NCBI RefSeq assembly: GCF_006345805.1
Contig: NC_043001.1
Coordinates: 2,232,001 to 2,296,000, forward strand
Length of the DNA: 64,000 nucleotides
From: Octopus sinensis
Lineage: Eukaryota
Direction of reading: 5' to 3'
Part shown: positions 1 through 11,775 of the stretch, piece after piece
Numbering within the stretch: the first letter of the stretch is position 1
Layout: every line of letters starts with the position of its first letter
Notes under the pieces: model-generated
What the model was told of the DNA's origin: nothing
Databases searched by the model: none
Seen by the model: the letters and a program-made list of their open reading frames with translations, nothing else
Program-made: the position numbers and the translations under genes

Positions 1-109
1 TATTGCAGAGATATTGGTCTGCAATTCGTGGTAAATAATCTGTAGTTTTAATTATGAAAAGAGACAGGAAGATTTAATCTGAAGGGATAAAGATAACACA
101 AGACGATAT

Positions 110-230
110 TAGATCATCACCACCACCACCACCGCCGCCGCCGCCGCCACCACCACCACCACCACCACAACCACCATCAATACCACCACCACCACCACAA
201 CCACCACCACCACCACCACCACCATCACCA
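110..230. repeat. (CCA/CCG)n microsatellite
   Basis: Direct trinucleotide run; explains the poly-Gly ORF 74-301. Confidence 0.95.
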
Positions 231-420
231 TTTAACATACGTTTTCCATGCTGGCATGGGTTGGACGGCTTGAGAGGAGCTGGTAAAGCTGGGAGTCGCA
301 CCAGATTCTGTTGTCTGTTTTAATATGGTTTCTACAGCCGAATGTCCTTCCTAATGCCAACCACTTTACAGAGTGAACAAAGGGTGATTTTTATGTGGCG
401 CCAGCACCAACAGGGTCACC
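215..420 (-). mobile_element. Retroposon 3' end, (GAT)n-tailed family (SINE or truncated RTE tail)
   Basis: tttaac..cgttttccatgctggcatgggttggacgg...ttcctaatgccaaccac; the same module recurs more than 10 times in the window. Confidence 0.8.
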
Positions 421-784
421 AGAGGGTTACAAATAGTTTGGGTGTTGCAGGGTGATTGGTTAATGGAAGGAGAAATAAGAGAAAAAAATCACCAAAGAGT
501 ACAAGAGAAGGATTAAGAAGGTACTCAAATCAAAACTAAATAGATGGGATTTTATCAGAATATTATATCTAAGGGTCAAGCCATTATTAAGATACTCACC
601 TCCCTTTCTAAACTGGACAACGATCAAGCTACAAAATGCAGGAAACTGTTCACATTGTACCCACCACCCTAAAAGTAATATTTTTTTCTTCTCTAAGCAC
701 AAGGTCCGAAATTTTTTTGGGGGGAGGGAGCAGTCAATTACATCGACCCCAGTACACAACTGGTACTTATTTGTTTTTTTAATG

Positions 785-1070
785 CCTGTTACTTATTCCA
801 TCGATCTCTTATGCTGAACTACTAAGTTACTGGGATGAAAACACAGCAACACTGGTTGTCAAGCAGTGGTGGGGGACAAACATACACACACACACACACA
901 CACACAGATATATATGATGGGCTTCTTTCAGTTTCCATCTACCGAGTCCAATCACAAGGCTTTGGTTAGCCTGAGAGTAGAAGACACTTGCTCAAGTTGT
1001 CATGCAGTGGGGCTGAACTCGGAACCATGTTGTAAGGAAGCAAATTTCTTACCCCACAGCCATGCCTGCA
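785..1070 (-). mobile_element. SINE family A copy (degenerate)
   Basis: Reverse complement of the family A head and body (agaagacacttg, ggaaccatg, cacagcca) with an internal (CA)n linker. Confidence 0.85.
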
Positions 1071-1288
1071 TCGAAATAGTGATGGAAGAATAATATCTGC
1101 ATCAAGATAAATCCAAAAGAGAAAATTCAAGGACAGAAGGAAGAATGACAAGTCAAATAGTTGTGAGGAAGGAGTTACATGATCAATTAATGCAACAAAC
1201 TGAGGATTTTGGAAGCAAAGAATGCTGGTTGCGACCGATGGATGGAATCCTGAAATCAGGAACTGAATCATTAATTATAATTTCTCAA

Positions 1289-1698
1289 GGCGCAGGAGTG
1301 GCTGTATGGTAAGTAGCTTGCTAACCAACCACATGGTTCCGGGTTCAATCCTACTGCGTGGCATCTTGGGCAAGTGTCTTCTACTATAGCCCCAGGCCGA
1401 CCAATGCCTTGTGAGTGGATTTAGTAGACGGAAACTGAAAGAAGCCTGTCGTATATATGCATATATATGTGTGTGTGTGTGTGTGTTTGTGTGTCTGTGT
1501 TTGTCCCCCCAGCATTGCTTGACAACCGATGCTGGTGTGTTTATGTCCCTGTCACTTAGCGGTTCGGCAAAAGAGATCGATAGAATAAGTACTGGGCTTA
1601 CAAAGAATAAGTCCTGGGGTCTATTTGCTCGACTAAAGGCGGTGCTCCAGCATGGCCGCAGTCAAATGACTGAAACAAGTAAAAGAGTAAAAGAGAGA
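1289..1698 (+). mobile_element. SINE family A, near full length
   Basis: tRNA-like head GGCGCAGGAGTGGCTGTATGGT..GGTTCAATCC, internal (TA)n(TG)n linker, tail gaaacaagtaaaagagtaaaagag. Confidence 0.95.
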
Positions 1699-2115
1699 GT
1701 AAGAACAAGCTATTAGAAAAACTTGATAAAGACAAAGATTATAAAACTCAGTCAGAAGGCAAACACAGAATCTGTGGAAAGGGAGACAAAAGCACCAACC
1801 ATCACTTAAGTGAATGCAGCAAGCTAGCACAAGAAGAGTATAAGCACAAGCATAACTGAATTGGTTAAAAGTTGCATTGGAATATTAGCTGAGTGTGTGA
1901 ATCCAAAGTAACAGAAAAGTGGTTTGAATATGAGCCATGGGTTGTAATGGTGAATGATGACTACAGGATTTTCATGGGATTTTTCCATAAAAGTTCACCA
2001 TAACATTGATACAAGGAGACCAGATATGAGTGTAGTGGACAAGAAAAAAAGAAAAAGAAAAGAAAAAAGTCAGAAACAGTGTAAGATCATAGATTTTGCA
2101 ATACCTTATAATAGA

Positions 2116-2330
2116 GTAAAGCAGTGAGCTGGCAGAAACGTTAGCACACCAGATGAAATGCTTAGCGGTATTTTGCCTGTCTTTACGTTCTGAGTTCCAA
2201 TCCTGCCGAGGTCGACTTTGCCTTTCAACCTTTCAGGATCGATAAATTAAGTACCAGTTGCATACTGGGGCCGATCTAATTGACTGGCCCCTTCCCAAAA
2301 CCTTTGGGCCTCATGCCTAGAGTAGAAAAG
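2116..2330 (+). mobile_element. SINE family B with 16-bp target-site duplication
   Basis: AATACCTTATAATAGA occurs at 2100-2115 and 2331-2346; the body gagctggcagaaacgttagc...gtcgactttgcc...gtagaaaag recurs elsewhere in the window. Confidence 0.95.
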
Positions 2331-2830
2331 AATACCTTATAATAGAATGGATATAAAAGAAAACTGAAAAATATCAGGACTTAGCAAGAACGAAGATTAA
2401 GAGGCTGTGGAAGACAAATATGGCAAGTGTTTCTGTGGAAATTGGTGCATTGGTACAATATCCAAACTAAGACTGAGGAATATTGGAATTAAGAAACATA
2501 TTGTCAACCTGCCAAAACATACCATCAGGCATTCTGTGAGAACCCCGAGAAAGATTCTTGAGATTTGAGGAGATTTGCATCAACACAAAGACATAAGGGA
2601 AAGCTGTTCTCCTGTGACAAACACGACGGTAATTAGAAGTTTTGGGTTCAAATCTGGAGGAGAAAGTATCAAAAATAAATATGCAAGTCATTGTATTCAT
2701 TCTTGTTGATCATTGTGTAAATAACGATTTATTATTGATTGGTAAATATCGAGGCTCATTAGCAAGCAGTTTGTTCACTGAAATTATAAACACAAGCCAT
2801 CAGCTCTTGTGGGATTTGTGAGTTTGGATA

Positions 2831-2870
2831 CATCAGGCTGATGAGACAGAACTTGCTGAAACATCTGCTT
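2831..2870 (+). ncRNA. Degenerate hammerhead ribozyme relic
   Basis: CTGATGA(2838-2844)-GACAGAACTTGCT-GAAA(2858-2861)-CATC; helices are largely decayed. Confidence 0.35.
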
Positions 2871-3053
2871 CCCAGAATCCCTTGCACTAGTGAAACGTGT
2901 GTGTTAAGGACACATAGTCTTAAAGGAGAAGATGCCCCCCTCGAGAAATGTATCAGCAATTACCATATTCATGTCCGAATCTGCCAGAAGGTATTAGGAA
3001 TAAATGTACAACTTTATATGTATATATATGTATATGTATATATACACATATAC

Positions 3054-3098
<45 letters not shown>

Positions 3099-3214
3099 AT
3101 ATATGTATGTATGTATACATACATACATATACATTCATATACATGTACATACATGCCTATGCATACAGTCATAGATTCATGTATATATATTCATGTGAAT
3201 ATTCTCAACAATTG

Positions 3215-3380
3215 TTGACAGATTTTTGCCCAACTAAGGCAGAAGAAGCCAAACTTTCCGTTAAGGAAATGTTAAATGGCAAAGCACTTGGCAACAAGAC
3301 CATCCTGCTGCTGCTGGCAGAGATCTGCAAGTATGGAGGTGGTGGCTACTTGCCCAGAACATTCATACACTTGTTCTGCA
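3215..3380 (+). mobile_element. RTE-type LINE reverse transcriptase fragment
   Basis: PTKAEEAKLSVKEMLNGKALGNKTILLLLAEICKYGGGG resembles the EEV..AIK.MKNGKA.G.D.I.AE..K.GG motif at the start of LINE RTs. Confidence 0.7.
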
Positions 3381-4399
3381 TGATAATAGTTCATTTCGAT
3401 CTATTTCTCCTCCCACCACGACCCACAACAGTCAAAGGACACCACCTCTATAAATGTATACCTTTACCTTTTACAAGACCAAAGGTAAGATGTCATGGTC
3501 TGACAAGCAGAGGAGGGGGTTTCTCTTCTTTCTTTCTGTCTCTCATGCGATTGTTGTAAGATCTTCGTTTATACGACTTTATTCATTAAATCAATAACGA
3601 AATAGTGATGTGAATGGAAGCTTTGTTTCCATATTTCAAGGAATGAACCATCAGAACAAACTTGTTTCGGTTTAAACTTTTCTGCACTTGTCCGTTTATT
3701 TATTTATTTCTATGTTTTCACTATTGTTGTTGTTGTCATTGCTGTTGTTGTTGTTGTTGTTGTTGTTGGTATTGGTGGTGGTGGTGGTGGTGGTTATGTC
3801 CTGAGTCATTCATAATGAAGCCGAGCTATTGTTAGAACCATTTCAGCCATGGATTTCACATTTTGTTTTTATTTGTTTTTATGATGCAATGTGTTTTTCT
3901 TTTTTTTTTTTATATATTTCAGATGGTTCTGTTGTGGGGGCATTTGGCTGCTATTTCCCATAGATTAAGCAAATGTGTGATGTCAGCATAATGTAATCCG
4001 AGAAATGGTGGCTGGTCATGATTGTTATGACAATGGACAAAAAGCTGGTGACCTCCTTAACAACGAGTACAGATAAATGTTCTTACTCTTCACTGGACAC
4101 AAATCTGCTGCACGCAAAATCCTTCTTTGTTATGTCAGCCTGTTTGTGCGCACACGCTGCAGAGTTTTATTCTTGCTAAAACTTTAGTCATGGCTATGTT
4201 TTTTCTATTTTCAAGGTCATTTGGTTTTAGGATAATCATTCATGTTTGGAATTTTTTCCTTAACACTTTGAAAGATAAGGCTAAAAAGGACTAAAGTCAT
4301 CAACACACACACACACTAGTTTCCACAAATGACCAGTTTTAAACTCCTCTGTTATGGCCAGAGGTATTTTAATTATAAGTGTGCTTCTGTGTAAAAATT

Positions 4400-4900
4400 G
4401 ACTTCTGATTGGTGTCCATCTTTAAATACTACATTGAATTCAAATGCACAGAGCCATTTAGCAGAATGCCCAACATAACTTTATTGATGACATCTTTATA
4501 AACATGAGTTTTTAAGTCTCTCACAAACCATTTATCTTCACCTAATTTCTTTATGACCTTTACATCATAGACTGTAATACTTTGTAAAAGATCTTCTCCA
4601 CTTCAAAGAATGCTAGGTGTGGAGGTTTGCTCTTAGCTATGAACTTTTGTAGTTGTCTCATTAGGAAGAGCCATGTTGTCATTCTAAGCTAATTTGTCTC
4701 TTAATCAGTTTGGTATAAATTTTTCAGTGACTTTTCATAACCTGGTCCATCAAATTTGATATCTCTACAGCTGTTTCGTTCCTGAATGCCTTCTTTGGTC
4801 TTTCGGCACTTGAGGACGATACTGTTGCATCAGTCACTGAATACGATGTCTTCTTCTAATACTACGATGCTTTCAGCATACCAGTGATTATCCCAGGCAT
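4400..4900 (-). mobile_element. RTE-type LINE RT fragment, heavily decayed
   Basis: Frameshifted RDIK..MDQVMKV and FLMRQLQKFIAKSKPPHLAFFEVEKIF, homologous to the copies at 30.5-31.5 kb and 43.1-44.0 kb. Confidence 0.75.
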
Positions 4901-6329
4901 TTTGAGGCATTTTCATTATTTTCATATTCTTATTCATTTCTTTGACTGTCATTTCACCGCCCCCACCTCTCTCTCTCCCTACTTTATTGTATCATCAGGA
5001 TTAAAGAGGTTTTCAATCCAAACTAAAGCATCAGCTATACACAGCATCAATGTTTACTTGCTCTCCAAGGATGGCCTTCATTGTGACTTTTGGACTTCAT
5101 CTCTGCCTTCATATAGAATTGCATTAAAAAATGACTGCCTTCCCAGATGGGTTATCTTAACTGCTGTTTTCAGCATCCATATCGGCTCAGTGCACTTCTC
5201 CATATAATTATTATCCCTCTAGTCTCTCCAGAAGGGCAACTACAGTAGTTGAGAGAGGCTTAAGGTCATCTGGTGGCATTGGAAAATTCACATTCCTAAA
5301 CTAGTCACGTTTGAGGTTGGGTTGTGATGGGACCTTCGCTGTGTTATGGTTTAAGTCCTCACTTCCTGTAATACCAGAGGGACACTTTGATCTAAAACCT
5401 GTTGTTTCACATAATTATGGTCAACTTGCTTCATCCTGTCACTAGGTATTAATCATAGAGACTCGGTGAGAGGTACTTGTTTTGTACAAGTATTTACCCC
5501 TATAATCCAGGGCCGTTCAGCTGTCTCTCCATTGGTGGCCTCATTCGTCATCTAATCTATGGAAAATCATTTGATGACAGAAAAGTGGTGAGACATGCTC
5601 ACCCAACTGGCTGGAAGTCCACAATCAGTTAGAAATTTTGTCTGTCACAGATGCTTCAAACCGTGTAGATCTGCAATGGGACCAAATGGTCATCTGAGAG
5701 GTCATGGATGGAAAGTTAGAAATGAATTTGACAATGAGGAAGCACAAGGGGATAGTAATCAACTGTGAAGGTGGGGGATATGTGTGTGTGGGGGGTATGT
5801 GTATGTGGGGGATATGTATGTGTGTGGGGGGTATGTGTGTGTGGGGGTATGTGTGTGTGTGTGTGAAATTAAACAACAAGCTTCTTTCAGTTTTAGTCTA
5901 CCAAATCCACTTGAGGAGTCTTTGGTCAGCTTTGGTCAGTAGAAGATACTACAAACTGTTCACTGATACTATTCCAGACGTAGTAGAATAGTAACTACCA
6001 GTCAGGTCATAAATGTACAAAGTCATATCTTTGACACTTTATATAATACCACATTACAAAAGAAATGTGTATGTATGTATATATTCACATACGTACACTA
6101 ATATATATGTGTGTGTGTGTGTGTGCATGTATATGTGTGTGTGTGTGTGTTTTCAGTAACCATCATGACTCCCATATTATTCCATTTAACTTCAACATTT
6201 TATCTTGTTGCTTACATTTAAGCTTTGTTTGTGTGGTGATAAATGTTTGATAAATTGGTGATAAATTCAATCTCGGTGTTTCGCTTTGATTTACTTTGAT
6301 TTGAGATAGGTGTTTTTAAGTCATAATTC

Positions 6330-6545
6330 TCTCTGTGCCAGTAAGCACACAAGTCTGCAAGTTTTTATGGCAATATAAATATCTAATAACGCTATATACA
6401 TAATCGCTGAAGAAACTGCTGGTGGTGTCTGGCAGTAAAAATTCTTCAACAAATTTCACAAATTTCAATAAATACAAAAGGCCTGGCTCTCCCCATGACA
6501 AGAATTGAACCAACATTGTCAAAATTACCCCAAATTCGATTCTTT
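6330..6545 (+). mobile_element. PLE LTR-like unit with hammerhead relic (core 6407-6440)
   Basis: CTGAAGA-A-ACTGC...GCAGT-AAAA: 5-bp stem II intact, GAAA mutated to AAAA; followed by aataaa. Confidence 0.55.
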
Positions 6546-6631
6546 AATGTGTGAAAAGCCTGGCAGACAACAAGTGGTTTTTCTTTTGTTTATTTGATGT
6601 CAACAAAATACACAGCCACTGCTGCTGCTGC

Positions 6632-6667
<36 letters not shown>

Positions 6668-6843
6668 GGCCTATTTTTGAGAATCAAACCAGTCGATCCC
6701 TTGATCAATGGTGTTCCAGCTGGGACAATTCCAATTTTTGTTGTTGTTGTTGTTGCCATTAAACCCAAATCGAATCTGATTTAGAAGCCTATGATCAATG
6801 TTATTCTCACCATGACAACCAGCTGCTGTTGTTTCTGATTGTG

Positions 6844-6884
<41 letters not shown>

Positions 6885-6906
6885 GTGTGTGCAAAATATA
6901 TACATT

Positions 6907-7320
6907 GGTGCAGGCGTGGCAGTGTGGTAAGAAGCTTGCTTACCAACCACATGGTTCCAAGTTCAGTTCCACTGCATGGCACCTTGGGCAAGTGTCTTCT
7001 ACTACAGCCTTAGGTCTTGTGAGTGGATTTGGTAGATGGAAACTGAAAGAATCCTGCTGCATATATATGTGTGCATGTGTGTGTGTGAGTCTGTCTGTCT
7101 GTCTGTCTTTGTGTCTGTGTTTCTCCTCCACCAATACTTAACAACCAGTGCTTGTGTGTCTATGTCCCCATAACTTAACGGTTCATCAAAAGAGTTTGAT
7201 AGAATAAGTTCAAAGCTTAAAAAAAAGAAACAGGATCAACCTGTTCCACAATTCTTCAAGCCAGTGCCCCAGCATGGCCACAGTCTAATGACTGAAACAA
7301 ATAAACAGCAAAAGATAAAC
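6907..7320 (+). mobile_element. SINE family A
   Basis: Head ggtgcaggcgtggcagtgtggtaag..ggttccaagttcagt, body and tail as at 1289. Confidence 0.9.
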
Positions 7321-7664
7321 AAAAAAAAAACAAATGGTGGAAGTCGACTCATGACTCAGTAAGATCACTCTTTAATCTTGGTAAATCCGTGCAAACATTC
7401 TGAGAGTCAAAAGGAGTTCCTGTGAAGGAATCTGGTTTGAGGGGGTCAAATGTTGTCCAGCACTGATCCCACTTTTCAGGGGAATCAGCCATAAAACCAG
7501 TGGCAAAGCAGAGGTTGAAATGACCCGAAACCAATTGCACTTCAGGTGTCGTCTTATGAATTTACCTTCTTCTAGAAGAAATGTTTAATGAGAACTGGTG
7601 AGGTCCTTAACTCACAGTGGTTCTCAGGGTAATTAGCCACAGCTAGGATCCCTTTATACATACA

Positions 7665-7970
7665 TAACTGGCACTCCATCGATTATGAAAACCAGTGTTC
7701 CAAGTGATCCACTCAACCAAACAACCTGCTCTTGAAATTAACAGGCAAGTGGCTGAGTACTCCACAGACATGCGTGCCCTTAATGTTCCCATGGAACACA
7801 GTGTGACAAAGTTGGTCCTTTTGAATTAGAGGTAGAAATTATTTTTGCCAGCTGAATGGACAGGAGTAACATGAAATAAAATGTTTTGCTGATGGACACA
7901 ACGTGCCACCAGGGATTGAACCCACAACTTTATGATTGTGAGGCAAATATCCTAACTACCAGCCCACGTG
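7665..7970 (-). mobile_element. SINE family C (degenerate)
   Basis: Shares the core caagtggctgagtactccacagac with 24425-24805. Confidence 0.75.
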
Positions 7971-8000
7971 CCTCCACATACATACAAGTACGTATAGTTC

Positions 8001-8060
8001 TGATGATGGTGATGATGATGAAGATGATGATGAAGATGATGATGATGATGGTGGTGGTGG

Positions 8061-8101
<41 letters not shown>

Positions 8102-8265
8102 GTGATGGTGATGACGACGATGATGGTAATGGTGATGATGACGATGATGATGACGACGATGATGGTAATGTTGATGATGACGATGATGATGATGATGATG
8201 ATGATGATGACGACGACGATGATGATGATGATGATGATGGCGATGATGATGATGATGATGATGAT
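8001..8265. repeat. (GAT/GAC/GGT)n microsatellite
   Basis: Direct; source of the poly-Met, poly-His and poly-Ser ORFs. Confidence 0.97.
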
Positions 8266-9547
8266 ATAGAGCGAATATCAAAGAGCATCTTGCTATCAAC
8301 ATGGTGGATAACGATTCGTATGGAAATCCTTATCTTCATTTTCAATCCTTCAACACTTATGTTTAGCGAGCCCCTTCCCCACCCCTAATGCCCCCCCACC
8401 ACCGTCACCACCACCACCACCTTCCATGGAAATATGCTGAATCACCAATTTCTTTTCATAAGGTTGATTTCTTAATTAACTTTCATCTTGGCCTCAGCTG
8501 GAGGCATTCATACTGAATGCTCTGCCACTAATCAGGACATTATTAGCAGCAATCATTAACTCTAATGACTCTGCAGCATCATTCCAATCTAACCGATTCT
8601 TTCGAAATCTAGCTGAGCATAACATTCAATAAACTGTAAGGTGAAAGAACTTTCGTGGCTCTAAACTTTCATCAAAGACTTCGTTAAAACTGCTAACAGC
8701 GTTTCAAACTTTAATACGTCAAATAAATCCTGAAAATTACAAGTTTTGAAACAATGGCAAGATTTTCATAAACTGAACACTTCCATTGTTTAAGAATCAA
8801 ATAAAATATTATATAATCCGATGGCAATTTTGTGATGAATTATTTCTAGAAAATACAGTCATAAAATTCTTATTTTATATCAAACTTTTGAATAGGCATT
8901 TCTCCAGTAAAATCTGCTTTAATGAACGAATGAATATGAATAACAAATTCAGAGAGAGAGAGAACAACGTCTGTTGAAAGTCATGAATGAAGGAACGTTG
9001 AATGAAGGACAAAGGAATATATTCTGTTGTTGAAGGATTGTTATTGCTGAAGTTGCAGTAGATGCCACTGCTGCTGCTGCTGCTCTGTTGTTGCTGTTGT
9101 TGTTTAGTCCAAGGTCAACCCTAATCCATCTCTGATGAATAAAGTCCTTCCATCGTTTATGACTTAATGGTAATCTTAATAAGTTGAACAGTATTTCACT
9201 GCAAATTACTAATTTTTAAAACAATGGTAGCATCATAGTCGTCATCGTCATCGTCATCGTTGTCGTCGTTGTGCTCCTCCTCCTCATCATCATCATCATC
9301 ATCATCCTTTCAATGCTTTTCTTTCTCTTTTTCTTTCATGTTTTTCAGTCATTTGACGATGGCCATGCTGGGGCACTACTTAAAAGAATCTTTTTGTTTG
9401 AACAAATCAACCTCAGTGCTAATTTCTTTTTTAATGCCTGGTACTTCTTCTGTCAGTTGCTTTTGCCAAACTACTAAGTTATGAGGATTTAGACACACCA
9501 ACACCATTCACACACACACACACACATGATTCTACCAGCATACCACA

Positions 9548-9800
9548 TCATCATCATCATCATCACCATTGTTTAATATCCATTTTCCATGCTGGCATGT
9601 GTTGGACAGCTTGACAGGAACTGGCAAGATCAGGGGCCACACTAGATTCCCTCATCTGTTTTGGCATGGTTTCTACAGCTGGATGCTCTTCCTTAATCCC
9701 AAATACTTTACAAAGTGTGGACTGGCTGCTTTTTATGGGGTACCAGCACAAGCACCTTTTATGTGGTACCATCACCAGGGCTTTTTACATAATACCATCA
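9548..9800 (-). mobile_element. (GAT)n-tailed retroposon 3' end
   Basis: catcatcatcaccattgtttaatatccattttccatgctggcatgtgttggac... Confidence 0.8.
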
Positions 9801-10055
9801 CCAGTTCTTCTTACATACAAGTCACCAATATTAAGATGACAAAATAATATGACCAAGGACCCTAATGGGGTTACTTATCCCTCTTTCCCATTATGAAATC
9901 TCAGGGCAGTCATTTTGCATCAGTACCACCCATAACACAAGTTGTATCAAATCACTTACTGAATGGATGGTAACTGGAAAGTGACAAAAACAAGCACTGA
10001 TGCAGGAGTGACCAATATACAGCTTGTTTATTATTTACTTTTACATGTCATCATA

Positions 10056-10478
10056 GGCGCAGGAGTGGCTGTGTGGTAGGTAGCTTGTTTACCAACCACA
10101 TGGTTCCGGGTTCAGTCCCACTGCGTGGCACCTTGGGCAAGTGTCTTCTACTATAGTCTCGGGCCGACCAAAGCCTTGTGAGTGGATTTGGTAGACGGAA
10201 ACTGAAAGAAGCCCGTCGTATATATGTATATATATATATATATATGTATGCGTGCGTGTGTGTGTTTGTGTGTCTCTGTTTCTCCCCCTAGCATTGCTTG
10301 ACAACCGATGCTGGTGTGTTTATGTCCCCGTTACTTAGCGGTTCGGCAAAAGAGACCGATAGAATAAGTACTGGGCTTACAAAAGAATAAGTCCCGGGGT
10401 CGAGTTGCTCGATTAAAGGCGGTGCTCCAACATGGCCGCAGTCAAATGACTGAAACAAGTAAAAGAGTAAAGAGAGTC
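10056..10478 (+). mobile_element. SINE family A, full length, CpG-retaining (young)
   Basis: GGCGCAGGAGTGGCTGTGTGGTAGG..GGTTCCGGGTTCAGTCCC head, linker and complete tail. Confidence 0.97.
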
Positions 10479-10629
10479 TCTCTCGCAAATACAGCCTTAC
10501 TTTCTCTTTCTCTCACCCCATAATCCTAACTGACTGCCATCGAAATTGACCAACTCTTTCCTTCTTTATTCCTATCTGTGCTCAGCCTATGGTGGCACAT
10601 GTCACATTTGCCGCAGTACTGCACATGCA

Positions 10630-10950
10630 CACTGGCACTCTGCCAGCTGCCCTGATGAAGGATCCAGTTGATCTGATTAACAGAACAGAATGCTCATGAT
10701 ACTATCATGCAAGTGGCTGAGTACTCCACACACAAACATTCAATTAACATGGTTCTCAGGGAGATTCAGTGTTACACAGATTGTAACATGGCTGGCCCCT
10801 TTCAAATACAGGTACCACTCATTTTTTTCGAGCTGAGTGGACTGGAGCAACGTGAAAAACAAGTACTTTGGTTGAGGATGCAATGCACAGTCAGGAACCG
10901 AACTCACAACTTTACAATCATGAGTCAAACACTGAGCCACTCACCTTCCC
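10630..10950 (-). mobile_element. SINE family C (degenerate)
   Basis: Core gcaagtggctgagtactccac..gggagattcagtg..ggctggcccctttcaaatacagg. Confidence 0.75.
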
Positions 10951-10999
10951 ATTTCTAGATGATAAATATCCTCAGTGTAAAAGAACTCTAACACAAGAT

Positions 11000-11170
11000 G
11001 GTGGCAGACTTGTGAGCAAGCAAAAGGCACAGTGGCATTCCTTCTGACTCTTTATGTTTGGAGTTCAAATCCTACTTTGCCTTTCATCATTTGGGGATCA
11101 ATAAAATAAAGTACTGGAGTTGATGTCAGTGATTTGTCCCCCTCCGCTAAAAGTTTCTGAACTCTGTATA
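11000..11170 (+). mobile_element. SINE family B (degenerate)
   Basis: ggtggcagacttgtgagc..gagttcaaatcc..ttggggatcaataaaataaagtac. Confidence 0.7.
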
Positions 11171-11584
11171 AGACTGGTATCCCATTCAGAAGGAATGAGC
11201 TAACGTAAGTCACTTATATTCTATGGAAACCAGCAACACAAGGTAAAAAAGAAAAGAAAAAAGAAATGAAAAAGTAAAAGTGTCTGAAAAAAGAAACAAG
11301 AAGGTCATGACTGAACTTTCTATGATCATTTATTTGCTTTCACAGGGCTGACCTGTGGCTTATAGACACCGTGAACTGACCTGTGGCTATTAAACATTCT
11401 CACCTGGCTGAATCACCTGTGGAAACAAAACGTATCAACTCCATTATTAAGATGTGTCATTTTGTTATTTTGAGCCTATTTTGGAGTCTTGTCTAAATTC
11501 ATAACATCTAATTTTCAATAATCCAAACCACTTTCCTGGAATTAGGTATCCAAGGAAGGAATTGTTTACTATTCAGAATTGATG

Positions 11585-11775
11585 CCTCAATGCTGGTGCC
11601 ACATAAAAAGCACCCAGTGCACTCTATAGGGTGGTTGCTGTTAAGAAGGGCATCCAGCCATTGTAACCATACCAAAACAGATAATTAGAGCCTGATGCAG
11701 CTTTCTAGCTTGCCAACTCCTGTAAAACTGTCCAACCCATACCAGCAGAGAAAACGGACGTTAAATGATGATGAC
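11585..11775 (+). mobile_element. (GAT)n-tailed retroposon 3' end
   Basis: gtgccacataaaaagcaccc...aagggcatccagc...aaaacggacgttaaatgatgatga. Confidence 0.8.

Larger units (their letters stand above)
1090..2570 (+). mobile_element. R4/Dong-like non-LTR retrotransposon relic (Zn-knuckle and RLE region), interrupted by two SINEs
   Basis: Frameshifted translation gives LKSGTESLIIISQ|EQAIRK, SECSKLAQEEYK, KWFEYEP, RRPDMSVVDK, CKIIDFAIPYN, KYQDLAR, EIGALG and RKILEI-stop, matching the C-terminus of RLE-clade LINEs. Confidence 0.85.

Noticed and set aside
7505-7545. GGTT-GAAAT-GACC-C-GAAAC-CAATTG, a hammerhead-like 3' half
   Set aside because: There is no CUGANGA and no stem I; too degenerate to count.
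7886-8345. Long poly-Met, poly-His and poly-Ser ORFs (likewise the poly-Asp ORF 21682-22146 and the many YIYI/CVCV ORFs)
   Set aside because: They are translations of stop-free microsatellites with no splice or homology support.
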